A stretch of 64,000 nucleotides of DNA, taken from the NCBI GenBank assembly GCA_043821645.1, contig JBDRCO010000094.1, positions 1 to 64,000 on the forward strand. Direction: 5' to 3'. Within the stretch, counting starts at the first letter, position 1. Every line of letters starts with the position of its first letter. Shown one piece after another: positions 48,165 through 58,117 of this stretch. A model generated the notes under the pieces. That model saw nothing but the letters and a program-made list of their open reading frames with translations, was not told the DNA's origin and ran no database searches. Source of the DNA: Pseudomonadota bacterium. GTDB lineage: Bacteria > Myxococcota > JACRCW01 > JAFGSX01. The position numbers and the translations under genes were made by a program.

Positions 48165-50888
48165 ATGCATCACGACCTCAGCGAGCCCACGACCTCGTCG
48201 CTGTTGTTCTTGATCCCGCTGCTGCCGCTGCTCGGCGCGCTGGTCAACCTGACCCTGGGCAAGCACATCCAGGATCGCTTCGGCAAGGCCCCCATCCACT
48301 GGCTCGCCATCCTCATGCCCGGCCTGTCCGCGGTCATTGGCTGGACCGTGGTGCTGCCCGGGGTCATTCACAACAAGGCGGGCCTGTACCAGTACCTGTG
48401 GGACTGGGTCGTGGTCGGGATGTTCGACGCGCACCTGGCGTTTCACATCGACACCCTCAACTGCGTGATGGTGCTCATCGTCACCACCGTCGGCACGCTC
48501 ATCCACGTCTATGCCACCGGCTACATGGCCGAGGAGCCCAGCTACTGGCGCTTCTTCGGCTACCTGAACATCTTCATGTTCGCCATGCTGACCCTGGTGA
48601 TGGGCGACAACTTCCTGCTCATGTTCGTGGGCTGGGAGGGCGTGGGATTCGCCAGCTGGGCTCTCATCGGCTTTTGGTACCGCAACAAGGAGAACGCCGT
48701 CGCGGGTATGAAGGCCTTCGTGGTCAACCGCATCGGCGACTTCGCCTTCATCATCGGCATGGGCCTGCTGTTCTGGGGTTTCCAGGGCAGCTTCTCGAGC
48801 CCCCTGTCCCAGGGCGAGAGTGGCTACATGATGAGCCACGAGGCCACGGAACAGACCCGCGCCTTCGTCGCTGGCACGCCCGAGCACGACAAGCACCTGC
48901 TCGACACCGCGGCGGGCCATGCCGAGGCTCCGGTGGCGTCGATCACCTTCCGGGTGCTGCAAGCCCAGCTCGCGCAGACCGTCGACGGCAGCATGCCCGA
49001 CCGCGTGTGCGAGCATGGCCACTGCACCGACGAGGAGCGCCCCAAGACCCGCGGCGATCTGCTGGCGGAAAAGAAGGTCTGGGGCCTGCCCCTGCTGCTG
49101 CTGGTGTGCGTGCTGTTCTTCATTGGCGCCACTGGCAAGAGCGCCCAGCTGCCCCTGTACGTGTGGCTCCCCGACGCCATGGCGGGTCCCACTCCGGTGT
49201 CCGCCCTGATCCACGCCGCCACCATGGTGACCGCTGGCGTGTACATGATCGCGCGGCTCAATTTCCTGTATGCGCTGTCACCGGGCGCCATGACCGTGGT
49301 CGCCACCGTGGGCGCACTCACGGCGCTGTTCGCGGCCACCATCGGCTTCTTCCAGTACGACATCAAGAAGGTGCTGGCCTATTCGACGGTGAGCCAGCTC
49401 GGCTTCATGTTCATCGGCGTCGGCGTCGGAGCGTACTGGGCCGGTATCTTCCACCTGCTCACCCACGCCTGCTTCAAGGCCTGCCTGTTCCTCGGTTCCG
49501 GCTCGGTGATCATGGGCAGCCATCACAACCAGGACATGCGCTGGATGGGTGGACTCAAGAAATACATGCCCAAGACAGCCTTCACTTACTGGGCGGCCTG
49601 CGTCGCCATCGCTGGCTTCCCGCTGGGCGCGGGCTTCTATTCCAAGGACGAGATCCTGTGGAAGGCCTTCGACTCGGGCAACGTGCTGCTGCCTGGCGGT
49701 GGCCTGATGATCTGGCTGCTCGGCTTCATCGCGGCCACCGGCACCAGCTTCTACATGTGGCGCAGCTATTACGTGACCTTCACCGGCCAGAACCGTCATC
49801 ACGAGATGCCCGCCGACGTCGCCCACGCGCTGCACGCCAAGCACGATTCCGACATGGGTCTATTCTGGGACCCCGAAGCCAGGCTGATCGTGGCAGGCGC
49901 TGGCGACCACAGCGGTCACGGGCACGATGACCACGCACACGGCGATCAGGCCATCTCGACCCAGGCTGCGCACGCAGACCATGTTGCGCACGCAGGGGAG
50001 GGCCACGCCGCGTCCAGTCATGGGGACGGCGCCACCTTCGTGCCGCACGAATCACCCCTCAACGTCACCATCGTGTTGCAGATCCTGGCCGGGGCCTCGC
50101 TGCTGATCGGTGTCGTGCTGGGTTTCCCGGTGCTGTGGGCACATACCTTCCACCTGCCCATCCCCAACATGTTCGAGCACTGGATCCACCACACCATGGC
50201 GACGACGGAGAAGCTGGTGGACAGCGCGGGCTTCGGCACCGGCGTCGAGTGGTTGCTGGCGGGCGGCAGCGTCCTGGTGGCCACCATAGGCTGGCTGGGA
50301 GCACGCGCGCTGTACCGCAACCGTGGCCTGCCCATCGCCGACGCGAAGCTCGCGAATTTCGATGTGCACGGCAGCCTGCAGCGCCTGGCCGCACCGCGGG
50401 ACGCCATCCCCAGCGAGAGCGGTCTGGGCAAGCTGTTCGACGTCCTCGAGGCCGCCGTCGCATTCTGTTTCCGTCTCCTGGCGCGTCTGCTCCTCGGCAT
50501 CGGTGCGATGTTCGGTACCGGCTTCAGCCATGTCGTGCGGGGCGGCTGGAGGCTGGTGCTCGACAAGTATCGTGTCGACGAACTGTACGAGTGGCTGGTG
50601 GTCCGGCGCGTGGTCTGGCTGACGCGCTTCTTGTGGGACGTGGACAAGCTGGTCATCGACGGCGCCGTGCACCTGGCGGGATTCATGGGCAAGGTTGCGG
50701 GCTTCTTGTCCGGTGGCTTCGACAGGGTGTTCGTCGACGGAGCGGTCAATGGCCTGGCCGAGGTGGTGATGGCCACGGGCAACAGGTTGCGCCGGCTGCA
50801 GAACGGGCAGATCCAGAGCTACCTGCTGGGCATCGCGGGCGGCTCCATCGCCCTGGTGGTGCTCAATTATCTGATCTTCGGGAACTGA
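48165..50888 (+). CDS. nuoL: NADH-quinone oxidoreductase subunit L (907 aa, with insertions)
   Basis: 'GWEGVG','NRIGD','GKSAQLPL.VWLPDAMAGPTPVSALIHAATMVTAG','DIKKVLAYST.SQLG'. Confidence 0.96.
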   Translation: MHHDLSEPTTSSLLFLIPLLPLLGALVNLTLGKHIQDRFGKAPIHWLAILMPGLSAVIGWTVVLPGVIHNKAGLYQYLWDWVVVGMFDAHLAFHIDTLNCVMVLIVTTVGTLIHVYATGYMAEEPSYWRFFGYLNIFMFAMLTLVMGDNFLLMFVGWEGVGFASWALIGFWYRNKENAVAGMKAFVVNRIGDFAFIIGMGLLFWGFQGSFSSPLSQGESGYMMSHEATEQTRAFVAGTPEHDKHLLDTAAGHAEAPVASITFRVLQAQLAQTVDGSMPDRVCEHGHCTDEERPKTRGDLLAEKKVWGLPLLLLVCVLFFIGATGKSAQLPLYVWLPDAMAGPTPVSALIHAATMVTAGVYMIARLNFLYALSPGAMTVVATVGALTALFAATIGFFQYDIKKVLAYSTVSQLGFMFIGVGVGAYWAGIFHLLTHACFKACLFLGSGSVIMGSHHNQDMRWMGGLKKYMPKTAFTYWAACVAIAGFPLGAGFYSKDEILWKAFDSGNVLLPGGGLMIWLLGFIAATGTSFYMWRSYYVTFTGQNRHHEMPADVAHALHAKHDSDMGLFWDPEARLIVAGAGDHSGHGHDDHAHGDQAISTQAAHADHVAHAGEGHAASSHGDGATFVPHESPLNVTIVLQILAGASLLIGVVLGFPVLWAHTFHLPIPNMFEHWIHHTMATTEKLVDSAGFGTGVEWLLAGGSVLVATIGWLGARALYRNRGLPIADAKLANFDVHGSLQRLAAPRDAIPSESGLGKLFDVLEAAVAFCFRLLARLLLGIGAMFGTGFSHVVRGGWRLVLDKYRVDELYEWLVVRRVVWLTRFLWDVDKLVIDGAVHLAGFMGKVAGFLSGGFDRVFVDGAVNGLAEVVMATGNRLRRLQNGQIQSYLLGIAGGSIALVVLNYLIFGN

Positions 50889-50947
50889 CGACGGCAAGAA
50901 GGCCGGCGGCGCCTCGCACCCGTGCGTGACAAGGCGGAGCAGAAGTC

Positions 50948-52612
50948 ATGACAGATAAACTCTTGACCTGGATCGTCTTCCTCCCCCTCATCGGCATGGG
51001 CCTGGTGCTGCTGGTCACCGCCTTGATGCGCGACCCCGAGGCCAGGCGGGCGCGCGACAACGTGATCCGCTGGATCTCCTTCGCCTCGACCGTGGCCTCG
51101 GGCGCCCTGGCCCTGTACCTGTGGGTCCTGTTCGACGGCCAGAAGGGTGTGCAGTTCGAGCACCACTTCGTGTGGCTCCGCGCGTTCAACATCGAGTATC
51201 ACCTGGGCGTCGACGGCATCAGCGTGGCCATGGTGATCCTGAGCGGCATCGTCTTCATCATCGCCAGCATCGCGAGCTGGAGCATTGGCCAGGAAGACCG
51301 CGGCCCGGACCGCGCCGACCCGCACTACCACGCCGTGGCGACCAAGCCTGCGCCGGGCTACCACGTCATGCTGCTGCTGCTCCAGACCGGCGTCTACGGC
51401 AGCTTCCTGTCTCTCGACTTCTTCCTTTTTTACATCTTCTGGGAGCTCATGCTCCTGCCCATGTACTTCCTCATCGGCATCTGGGGCGGCCCGCGCAAGG
51501 AGTACGCGGCCATCAAGTTCTTCCTCTACACCCTGGCCGGCTCGGTGTTCATGCTGATCGCGATGATCACGCTGTACTACACCAGCGCCCCGGCGCACGG
51601 CGTGGCCCTCACCCTCGTCGACGGCACACCCGTCCACCACACCTTCAACATGCTGATGCTCAAGCAGCTGGGTGCGGCCGGACACTGGCAGAGCGCCGGC
51701 TTGCTGCTGGGTCTGCCCCTCGCCAAGGTGGTCTGGGTGTTCCTGTTCGTGGGCTTCGCCATCAAGGTGCCCATGTTCCCGTTCCACACCTGGTTGCCCG
51801 ACGCCCACGTCGAGGCGCCCACCGCGATCTCGGTCATCCTGGCCGGCATCCTGCTCAAGCTCGGCACCTACGGCATGCTGCGCATCAACTTCGGCATCCT
51901 GCCCTTCACCACGGATTGGGCCTCCCTGGGCATGGGAATCTTCGGCGCCATCGGCATCGTCTACGCGGCCCTGGTGTGCATGGCCCAGAAGGACCTCAAG
52001 AAGCTCATCGCCTACTCCTCGGTCAGCCACATGGGCTTCGTGCTGCTGGGCATGGGTGCCTTCACCCACCAGGGCATCGCCGGCGCCATGTACCAGATGT
52101 GGGCGCACGGTCTGGTCAGCCCCATGCTCTTCCTCCTCGTCGGTGTGGTCTACGATCGCGCCCACTCCCGCGAGATCGAGGGTTTCGGGGGGCTGGCGCG
52201 GCAGATGCCCGAATACTCGGGTCTGATCGGCATCGGCTTCTTTGCCTCCCTCGGCCTGCCAGGCCTGGCCGGTTTCATCGGTGAGGCGCTGGTGTTCGTC
52301 GGTGGCTTCGGCAAGCAGGGCGAGCTGGCCCTGTGGTTCCAGGTTCTCACGGCGGTGAGCGTGACCAGCGTGGTCATCACTGCGGGCTACTACCTGTGGG
52401 CCATGCAGCGCATGTTCCTGGGCCCGCTCAACACGAAGTACACCTGGATGCCCGACGTCACGTGGCGCGAGCGCCTGACCCTGTATCCCCTGGCCGCCCT
52501 GACCATCGTGTTCGGCGTGGCGCCGGGATTGATCTTCGATCTGGTGAACCCGACCCTGTTCAAGCTGGTGGATCAGCTCAACACCATCGCGACCCACGTC
52601 GCGTTGCGGTAG
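50948..52612 (+). CDS. nuoM: NADH-quinone oxidoreductase subunit M
   Basis: 'GVDGIS','FWE..L.PMYFLIG.WGG','KVP.FPFHTWLPDAHVEAPT','LIAYSSVSHMG'. Confidence 0.96.
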   Translation: MTDKLLTWIVFLPLIGMGLVLLVTALMRDPEARRARDNVIRWISFASTVASGALALYLWVLFDGQKGVQFEHHFVWLRAFNIEYHLGVDGISVAMVILSGIVFIIASIASWSIGQEDRGPDRADPHYHAVATKPAPGYHVMLLLLQTGVYGSFLSLDFFLFYIFWELMLLPMYFLIGIWGGPRKEYAAIKFFLYTLAGSVFMLIAMITLYYTSAPAHGVALTLVDGTPVHHTFNMLMLKQLGAAGHWQSAGLLLGLPLAKVVWVFLFVGFAIKVPMFPFHTWLPDAHVEAPTAISVILAGILLKLGTYGMLRINFGILPFTTDWASLGMGIFGAIGIVYAALVCMAQKDLKKLIAYSSVSHMGFVLLGMGAFTHQGIAGAMYQMWAHGLVSPMLFLLVGVVYDRAHSREIEGFGGLARQMPEYSGLIGIGFFASLGLPGLAGFIGEALVFVGGFGKQGELALWFQVLTAVSVTSVVITAGYYLWAMQRMFLGPLNTKYTWMPDVTWRERLTLYPLAALTIVFGVAPGLIFDLVNPTLFKLVDQLNTIATHVALR

Positions 52613-52624
52613 CGGAGCTCGTCG

Positions 52625-54199
52625 ATGAATGCACTGACCGCACCGCAGAGCCTGGGCTACTTCGTGCCTGAGCTGGTGCTCGTCGCCACCGCCGTGGCCG
52701 TGTTCCTGGTCGATCTTTTCATTGCCGATCGCGACCGGCGCGAGGGTCCCGCCGCGCTGCTCAGCCTCGCCGGCCTGGCCACGGCCCTGGGTTTCGCGGC
52801 GGCGCAGTGGACCTGGCCGACCCAGGCCCTCTTTTCGGGCATGGTGGTGGTCGATCCCTTCTCGGTCTTCTTCAAGGTGCTGGTCCTCGCCGCCACCATC
52901 GCGGTGATCGTGTTCCTGTACCGGTCGAACGAGACCGTGCGCGACGCGGCGGGGGAGACCTATGGCCTGCTGCTGGTGCTGACCCTGAGCGCCATCCTGG
53001 TCGCGTCGTCGTCCAACCTGCTGATGATCTACCTCGCCTTCGAGGGCGTGTCCCTGGTCAGCTACATCCTGGCGGGCCTGTCCAAGCACAACAAAAAGGC
53101 CAGCGAGGCCGCGCTCAAGTACGTGGTCTACGGTGGTGTGGCGTCGGGCGTCATGCTGTTTGGCATGTCCTACCTGTTTGGCCTGACAGGCAGCCTGGAC
53201 CTCGTGATCATCCGCGAGCGGCTGCAGACCCTGACCACGGCCATGGCCGGCGGCCACGTGCTCGACCTGACCCTGGTCCTGGGTGTGGTCTTCATGCTCG
53301 CAGGCATCGGCTACAAGGTCGCGGCGGCGCCCTTTCACATGTGGTGCCCCGACGTCTACGAGGGTTCACCCACTCCGATCACCGCGTACTTCTCGGTGGT
53401 GCCCAAGGCCGCGGGTGTGGCCATCGTGATCCGCTTCTTCTACGTGGGACTTTCCCAGGCCGCCAGCGGAGGTCACTTCGACGCGGTGACCACGGTGCCC
53501 TGGGTCGCGCTGCTGGGCGTGATCGCAGCGGCCACCATGACCATGGGCAACTTCGGTGCGCTGTGGCAGACCAACCTCAAGCGCCTGCTCGCCTACTCCT
53601 CCATCTCTCATGCCGGCTACATGCTGATGGGCATCGTGGTGCTCGGCGCCAACGGGCTCAGCGCGGTGCTGTTCTACATGGCGGTGTACACCGTCATGAA
53701 CCTGGGAGCCTTCTTCTGCGTGATCGCCGTGCGCAACGCCACCGGCGAGGAAGACCTGGCTGGTGTGCGCGGTCTGGGCTACCGCGAACCCATCTTGGCC
53801 GCGTCGCTGACGGTGTTCATGCTCTCGCTCACCGGCTTGCCCCCCTTGGCGGGCTTCATCGGAAAGTACTTCCTGTTCGCCAGCGTGCTCGAGCACACGG
53901 GCGTGTGGTACGACATCCTCGTCGTCGTGGCGGTGATCAACTCGGCGGTGTCACTGTTCTACTACGCCAAGGTGCTGCGAGAGATGTACCTGTCTCAGCC
54001 CGTCGAGCGCACGCCCCTGCGCATCCCACTGGTGCACCTGTTGACCATCGTCGTGTTCGCGGTCTTCATCCTCGTCATGGGCTTCGTGTCCTTTGGCATC
54101 AGCAGCCTCAAGAGCACGACGGACCGCTCGCTGATCTTCGCAGGTCAGCCGGCTCCGGACGCACCGGTGGCCCAGATCCTCGACCTCGACGCACGCTGA
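52625..54199 (+). CDS. nuoN: NADH-quinone oxidoreductase subunit N
   Basis: 'EAALKY','K.AAAPFHMW.PDVYEGSP','KRLLAYSSISHAGY','G.PPL.GF.GK'. Confidence 0.96.
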   Translation: MNALTAPQSLGYFVPELVLVATAVAVFLVDLFIADRDRREGPAALLSLAGLATALGFAAAQWTWPTQALFSGMVVVDPFSVFFKVLVLAATIAVIVFLYRSNETVRDAAGETYGLLLVLTLSAILVASSSNLLMIYLAFEGVSLVSYILAGLSKHNKKASEAALKYVVYGGVASGVMLFGMSYLFGLTGSLDLVIIRERLQTLTTAMAGGHVLDLTLVLGVVFMLAGIGYKVAAAPFHMWCPDVYEGSPTPITAYFSVVPKAAGVAIVIRFFYVGLSQAASGGHFDAVTTVPWVALLGVIAAATMTMGNFGALWQTNLKRLLAYSSISHAGYMLMGIVVLGANGLSAVLFYMAVYTVMNLGAFFCVIAVRNATGEEDLAGVRGLGYREPILAASLTVFMLSLTGLPPLAGFIGKYFLFASVLEHTGVWYDILVVVAVINSAVSLFYYAKVLREMYLSQPVERTPLRIPLVHLLTIVVFAVFILVMGFVSFGISSLKSTTDRSLIFAGQPAPDAPVAQILDLDAR

Positions 54200-54212
54200 C
54201 CGCTCCCTGCCC

Positions 54213-54803
54213 ATGATGATCCTGGCTGTACGCACGGACGAGCTGAACAGACAGATCCCACCCCAGCCCTTCAGGGCCCTGCCCCGGGAGGAGATCGATC
54301 GCCTACATGCCTCGGTCGAGGTGCACGCTGTCCCGAGCCAGCAGGTGCAAGAAGACAGCGCCTGGATCGTGCTGGCGAGCTTCACGCTCCTGCACTTCAA
54401 CTACTCGTGGTTCACCTGCGCGCGGGAACCCGGGGCTGTCGACGTCTTGCAGCAGGGGGAGCGCAGCCTCGGCCTGGCCGGATTTCTCGAAGCTGCAGAC
54501 GACCCGCCCCTGTTCCTGGACGCTGCCATGTCCGGAGCGACGCGGGCCGTGGTGGAGGCGCGGGTCGTGATACCACCCAGGATGGAGCTGCGACTGGCAG
54601 GTCTGCTCAGAAGCCCTGCTGGCCACCCGGCTCCCGGAAGACTAGCTCTGGTTCATGTCGTGCGCCTGCGCCAACCCGGCATCGAGGCTTGCACCGGTGC
54701 CCTTCGCGGCATTCTGTTTGCCGGCAACACGGAGCTGCAGCAGAGCCGCACGCAGTTCGACCCCTGGAGCCAGGTCCTGATCGACCACCTGCAGGCCCTG
54801 TGA
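54213..54803 (+). CDS. Hypothetical protein, degenerate NUDIX-like phosphoesterase (COG4112-like)
   Basis: 'ED.......F.L','SLG..G.L','LALVHV','F..WSQ' pattern; no canonical Nudix box. Confidence 0.5.
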   Translation: MMILAVRTDELNRQIPPQPFRALPREEIDRLHASVEVHAVPSQQVQEDSAWIVLASFTLLHFNYSWFTCAREPGAVDVLQQGERSLGLAGFLEAADDPPLFLDAAMSGATRAVVEARVVIPPRMELRLAGLLRSPAGHPAPGRLALVHVVRLRQPGIEACTGALRGILFAGNTELQQSRTQFDPWSQVLIDHLQAL

Positions 54804-54903
54804 TTCTCGCTGCCGGCTACTGCACGCAACACCCTGGACGCTAGATCGGGCATTGGGCAGGCGAGGTCCGGCGCCACAGCGCTTGCCCGCAAGAGGTCCG
54901 CAC

Positions 54904-55404
54904 ATGAGCACGTCCCTCAAGATCTCGCCCTGCCTGTGGTTCGACGACAGGGCCGAGGACGCAGCCCGCTTCTACGTGTCCGTCTTCGCCGACTCCTCGA
55001 TCGACGACATCGCGCACTATTCGAGCGAGGGCTTCGAGGTGCACGGCCATCCCGAGGGCAAGGTGATGACCGTGAAGTTCACCTTGGGGGGCCAACCCTT
55101 CCTTGCGCTCAATGGAGGCCCCCAGTTCACCTTCAGCGAGGCCATCTCGTTTCAGGTGTTCTGCGACACCCAGGACGAGGTGGACCACTACTGGAATGCC
55201 CTCACCGACGGCGGCGAGGAGGGGCAGTGCGGCTGGCTCAAGGACAGGTTCGGCCTGTCCTGGCAGGTCGTGCCGAACCGGGTCGCCATCTGGCTGGGCG
55301 ACCACAAGAGTGGCGGCGCCGAGCGTGTGACCCGGGCTTTCATGCAGATGAAGAAGCTCGACATCGCGACCCTGGAGCGCGCTTTCACGGGCGAAGCCGT
55401 GTGA
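54904..55404 (+). CDS. VOC family / PhnB-like (3-demethylubiquinone-9 3-methyltransferase annotation) protein
   Basis: ATG 54904; 'PCLWFD..AE.AA.FY..VF','ALNGGP.F.F.EAIS','QCGWLKDRFG.SWQV'. Confidence 0.92.
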   Translation: MSTSLKISPCLWFDDRAEDAARFYVSVFADSSIDDIAHYSSEGFEVHGHPEGKVMTVKFTLGGQPFLALNGGPQFTFSEAISFQVFCDTQDEVDHYWNALTDGGEEGQCGWLKDRFGLSWQVVPNRVAIWLGDHKSGGAERVTRAFMQMKKLDIATLERAFTGEAV

Positions 55405-55476
55405 CCTCTCGCCTGCCCGTCCCATCCCCCACCTGACGGACGCCTGCGAACGGCAGCCGCGGGCTATGCTGTCTTC

Positions 55477-58104
55477 ATGAAAGCGCGTTCGAGCCTGTGT
55501 CCGGGTCGAGGCCTGGGGTGCATCGTGGTTCTCGCCGTGACGGCTTGCGGCGATCCTGTGAGTCCGCCTCCTGGCCGGGCAGAAGGCGGAGCCCGGATCG
55601 GAGATAGCGCGGGCCACCCCTGGGAACTCGATGGCGGCTCGACCGATGGGACCACGAGAGACAGCTCCGGGGTCGACCGGTTCCCCCTCGACACGGCAGC
55701 AGCACCGGACGCCCACACCGGAGCGGACACGGCGCCCCACCCGCTGGATGCGAGCGCGGCGGATCACGAGGCGGGCACGGTCTCGGGGGACGCCACCCTG
55801 GCAGGGCCGGATGTGAGCTCGACGGGCTTCGATGCGCCGGGGAGTGACGTCGCGGCCGGGGACCGTACTGCCGTCGACCAGGCCGCCCCGGATTCTGCAG
55901 TGGCGACGGGACCCTTCTCCATCGTGCTGCTGCCCGACACCCAGTACTACACCAACAAGCAGGCTGACGACGTCAACAATACCTACCGCAAGCAGGCTCG
56001 CTGGGTCCGCGATCACACCCTCGACGACAACATCCGCTTCACCATTCACCTCGGTGACATCACGGCCAACAACGGGGCGTCCCAGTGGACCTCGGCGGAT
56101 CACGCTCACGACATCCTCGATCTGGCCGGCATCCCTTACAGCGTGACGACGGGCAACCACGACTACCTGATCAGCGGCGACTTCGCCCGGGGCAACACCC
56201 TGTTCGATGACACCTTCGGCGCCGCGCGCTTTGCCGGGCGCCCCTGGTACGAGGGTGCCCTGGGCTCGAGCAACGCGAGCAACGTCAACCTGTTCGAGGT
56301 CGGCGAGCTGCGCTTCATGGTGCTGAGCCTCGAGTATGCGCCGCGCAAGGACCTGCTGTGTCGCGCCGAGCAGGCGATCGCGGCGCACCCCGACAGGCGC
56401 GTCATCATCGCCACCCACTGCTACCTGACCCACGGCGGGGTGTACTCCACGGGCTGCCCGGATCCGGCCTACGGCGCCATTGGCTCGGACGGCGAGACGG
56501 TGTGGAACGAGCTGGCCAGCCGCCACAGCAACGTGTTCCTGGTGGTGTCCGGCCACGTCGGAGAATCAGCTTACGTGCCGCGTCAGGGCAACGCGGGCAA
56601 CACGGTGCACCAGCTGGTTGTCGACTACCAGTTCGAGGCCGCCTGCACCGCCGCCAGCGCCAGCCAGTGCTCGAATCACTGCCGGGCGGGCACCTACACC
56701 GGCAACGGCTGGCTGCGCGAGATGGTGTTCGACCCGGCCAGCGACCAGGTGCACGCGCGGACGCTGACGGTCGAGGATGGAAATGCCTCCTTCTTCCCGG
56801 GTGGCCAGCCCAGGCTTTTCTGCAGCGAGCTGAACACCAACGGCGAGAACGCCTATGCCTCGGACCCGCTCGCACAGGACCACGATTTCACCTTTGCCCA
56901 GGACCTGGGACCCCTGCCCACCTACCAGCGCGAGGACCTCGGTTCGAGCGCCTTTCGCGATCGCACCGTGAACAGCGCCGGAACTGGAGACCAGCTGGTG
57001 CCGCGCGTCGCGGCCGCGGCCAGCGGCGACTTCGTGGTGGTGTGGGAGGACGACTCGTCGACGGCGGATGGCGCCGGCAATCACGACATCCTGGTGCGCG
57101 GCTTTCACGCCGGGGGCTGCGAGGCCTTCTCGGATCTTGTCGTCAACGTCGCCACCGCAGGCCAGCAGACCGCGCCGGCCGTAGCCATGGACGCGGTCGG
57201 GAACTTCGTGGTGGCCTGGGCCGATGACAACGACGGCAACGGCTCTTTTCAGATCTACGCGCGCGGCTTCGCGGCCGATGGCAGCCAGCGCTTTGCCACC
57301 TTCACCGTCAACAGCGCCGCGGCCGGTCAACAGATCGAACCCGCCGTCGCCATGGCGCCGGACGGTCGCTTCGTCGTGGCCTGGCAGGACTCACCGACCA
57401 GCAATGGGCTGTACCAGATCCGCATGCGTGGCTTCGAGGCCAACGGCAGCGAGCGCTTCACGGATCGCAGCGTGCACGCGGACAGCGCCGGGACGCGCCT
57501 GCACCCAAGCCTGGCCCTCGACGACAGCGCACGCCTTGTGGTGGCCTGGCAGGACGACTCCGATGGCAATGGCGTGTACCAGATCCACGCCCGCGGCTTT
57601 TTGGCCGATGCCAGCGAGCGCTTTGCCCTGCGCACGGTCAACAGCGTAGCCGCCGGGCAACAGCGCAAGCCCGTGGTCGCGGCCGATGCCAGCGGGGGCT
57701 TCGTGGTGGCGTGGGAGGACGATCAGGACGGAGACGGTCAGTTTCAGATCCTGGCCCGTGGTTTCACGTCCGCGGGGGCGGCTCGCCTGGCCGACTTCTC
57801 GGTGGCAGGCGACAGCTCAGGCCACCGCATCGCACCTGCCATCTCCATGCGCAGCGACGGGGCCTTCGCCGTCACCTGGCAGGACGACAGCGACGGCAAC
57901 GGCACCTACCAGATCCACGCTCGCGCCTTCTTGGCCGATGGCAGCCAGTGGAAGCCGCGCTGGACCGTCAACCACCAGAGTGCCGGGCAGCAGCGTGCAC
58001 CGCACCTCGCTTTGACCGGGGACGCCGTGGTGGTGGCGTGGGAAGACGACCTGGACGGCAATGGCGCCTACCAGCTTCTGGCCACGGGTGTGGACCTGCC
58101 CTGA
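55477..58104 (+). CDS. Lipoprotein: calcineurin-like metallophosphoesterase + seven-repeat putative beta-propeller
   Basis: Lipobox 'VTAC'; 'PDTQ','HLGD','GNHD','TH','GH'; 7 C-terminal repeats. Confidence 0.85.
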   Translation: MKARSSLCPGRGLGCIVVLAVTACGDPVSPPPGRAEGGARIGDSAGHPWELDGGSTDGTTRDSSGVDRFPLDTAAAPDAHTGADTAPHPLDASAADHEAGTVSGDATLAGPDVSSTGFDAPGSDVAAGDRTAVDQAAPDSAVATGPFSIVLLPDTQYYTNKQADDVNNTYRKQARWVRDHTLDDNIRFTIHLGDITANNGASQWTSADHAHDILDLAGIPYSVTTGNHDYLISGDFARGNTLFDDTFGAARFAGRPWYEGALGSSNASNVNLFEVGELRFMVLSLEYAPRKDLLCRAEQAIAAHPDRRVIIATHCYLTHGGVYSTGCPDPAYGAIGSDGETVWNELASRHSNVFLVVSGHVGESAYVPRQGNAGNTVHQLVVDYQFEAACTAASASQCSNHCRAGTYTGNGWLREMVFDPASDQVHARTLTVEDGNASFFPGGQPRLFCSELNTNGENAYASDPLAQDHDFTFAQDLGPLPTYQREDLGSSAFRDRTVNSAGTGDQLVPRVAAAASGDFVVVWEDDSSTADGAGNHDILVRGFHAGGCEAFSDLVVNVATAGQQTAPAVAMDAVGNFVVAWADDNDGNGSFQIYARGFAADGSQRFATFTVNSAAAGQQIEPAVAMAPDGRFVVAWQDSPTSNGLYQIRMRGFEANGSERFTDRSVHADSAGTRLHPSLALDDSARLVVAWQDDSDGNGVYQIHARGFLADASERFALRTVNSVAAGQQRKPVVAADASGGFVVAWEDDQDGDGQFQILARGFTSAGAARLADFSVAGDSSGHRIAPAISMRSDGAFAVTWQDDSDGNGTYQIHARAFLADGSQWKPRWTVNHQSAGQQRAPHLALTGDAVVVAWEDDLDGNGAYQLLATGVDLP
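56959..58101 (+). repeat. Seven ~57-aa coding repeats (VN....GQQ..P.VA....G.FVVAW.DD.DG.G.YQI.ARGF..dG)
   Basis: Repeats visible in the translation. Confidence 0.8.
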
Positions 58105-58117
58105 GGGAGACGGTGCC

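Noticed and set aside
47238-54199. nuoJ-N without nuoA-I as a novel antiporter complex
   Set aside because: Split nuo operons are common and the subunits are canonical; the rest is probably elsewhere in the genome
56959-58101. Regularly spaced DNA repeats as a CRISPR array
   Set aside because: Degenerate in-frame protein repeats; no identical direct repeats and no cas genes
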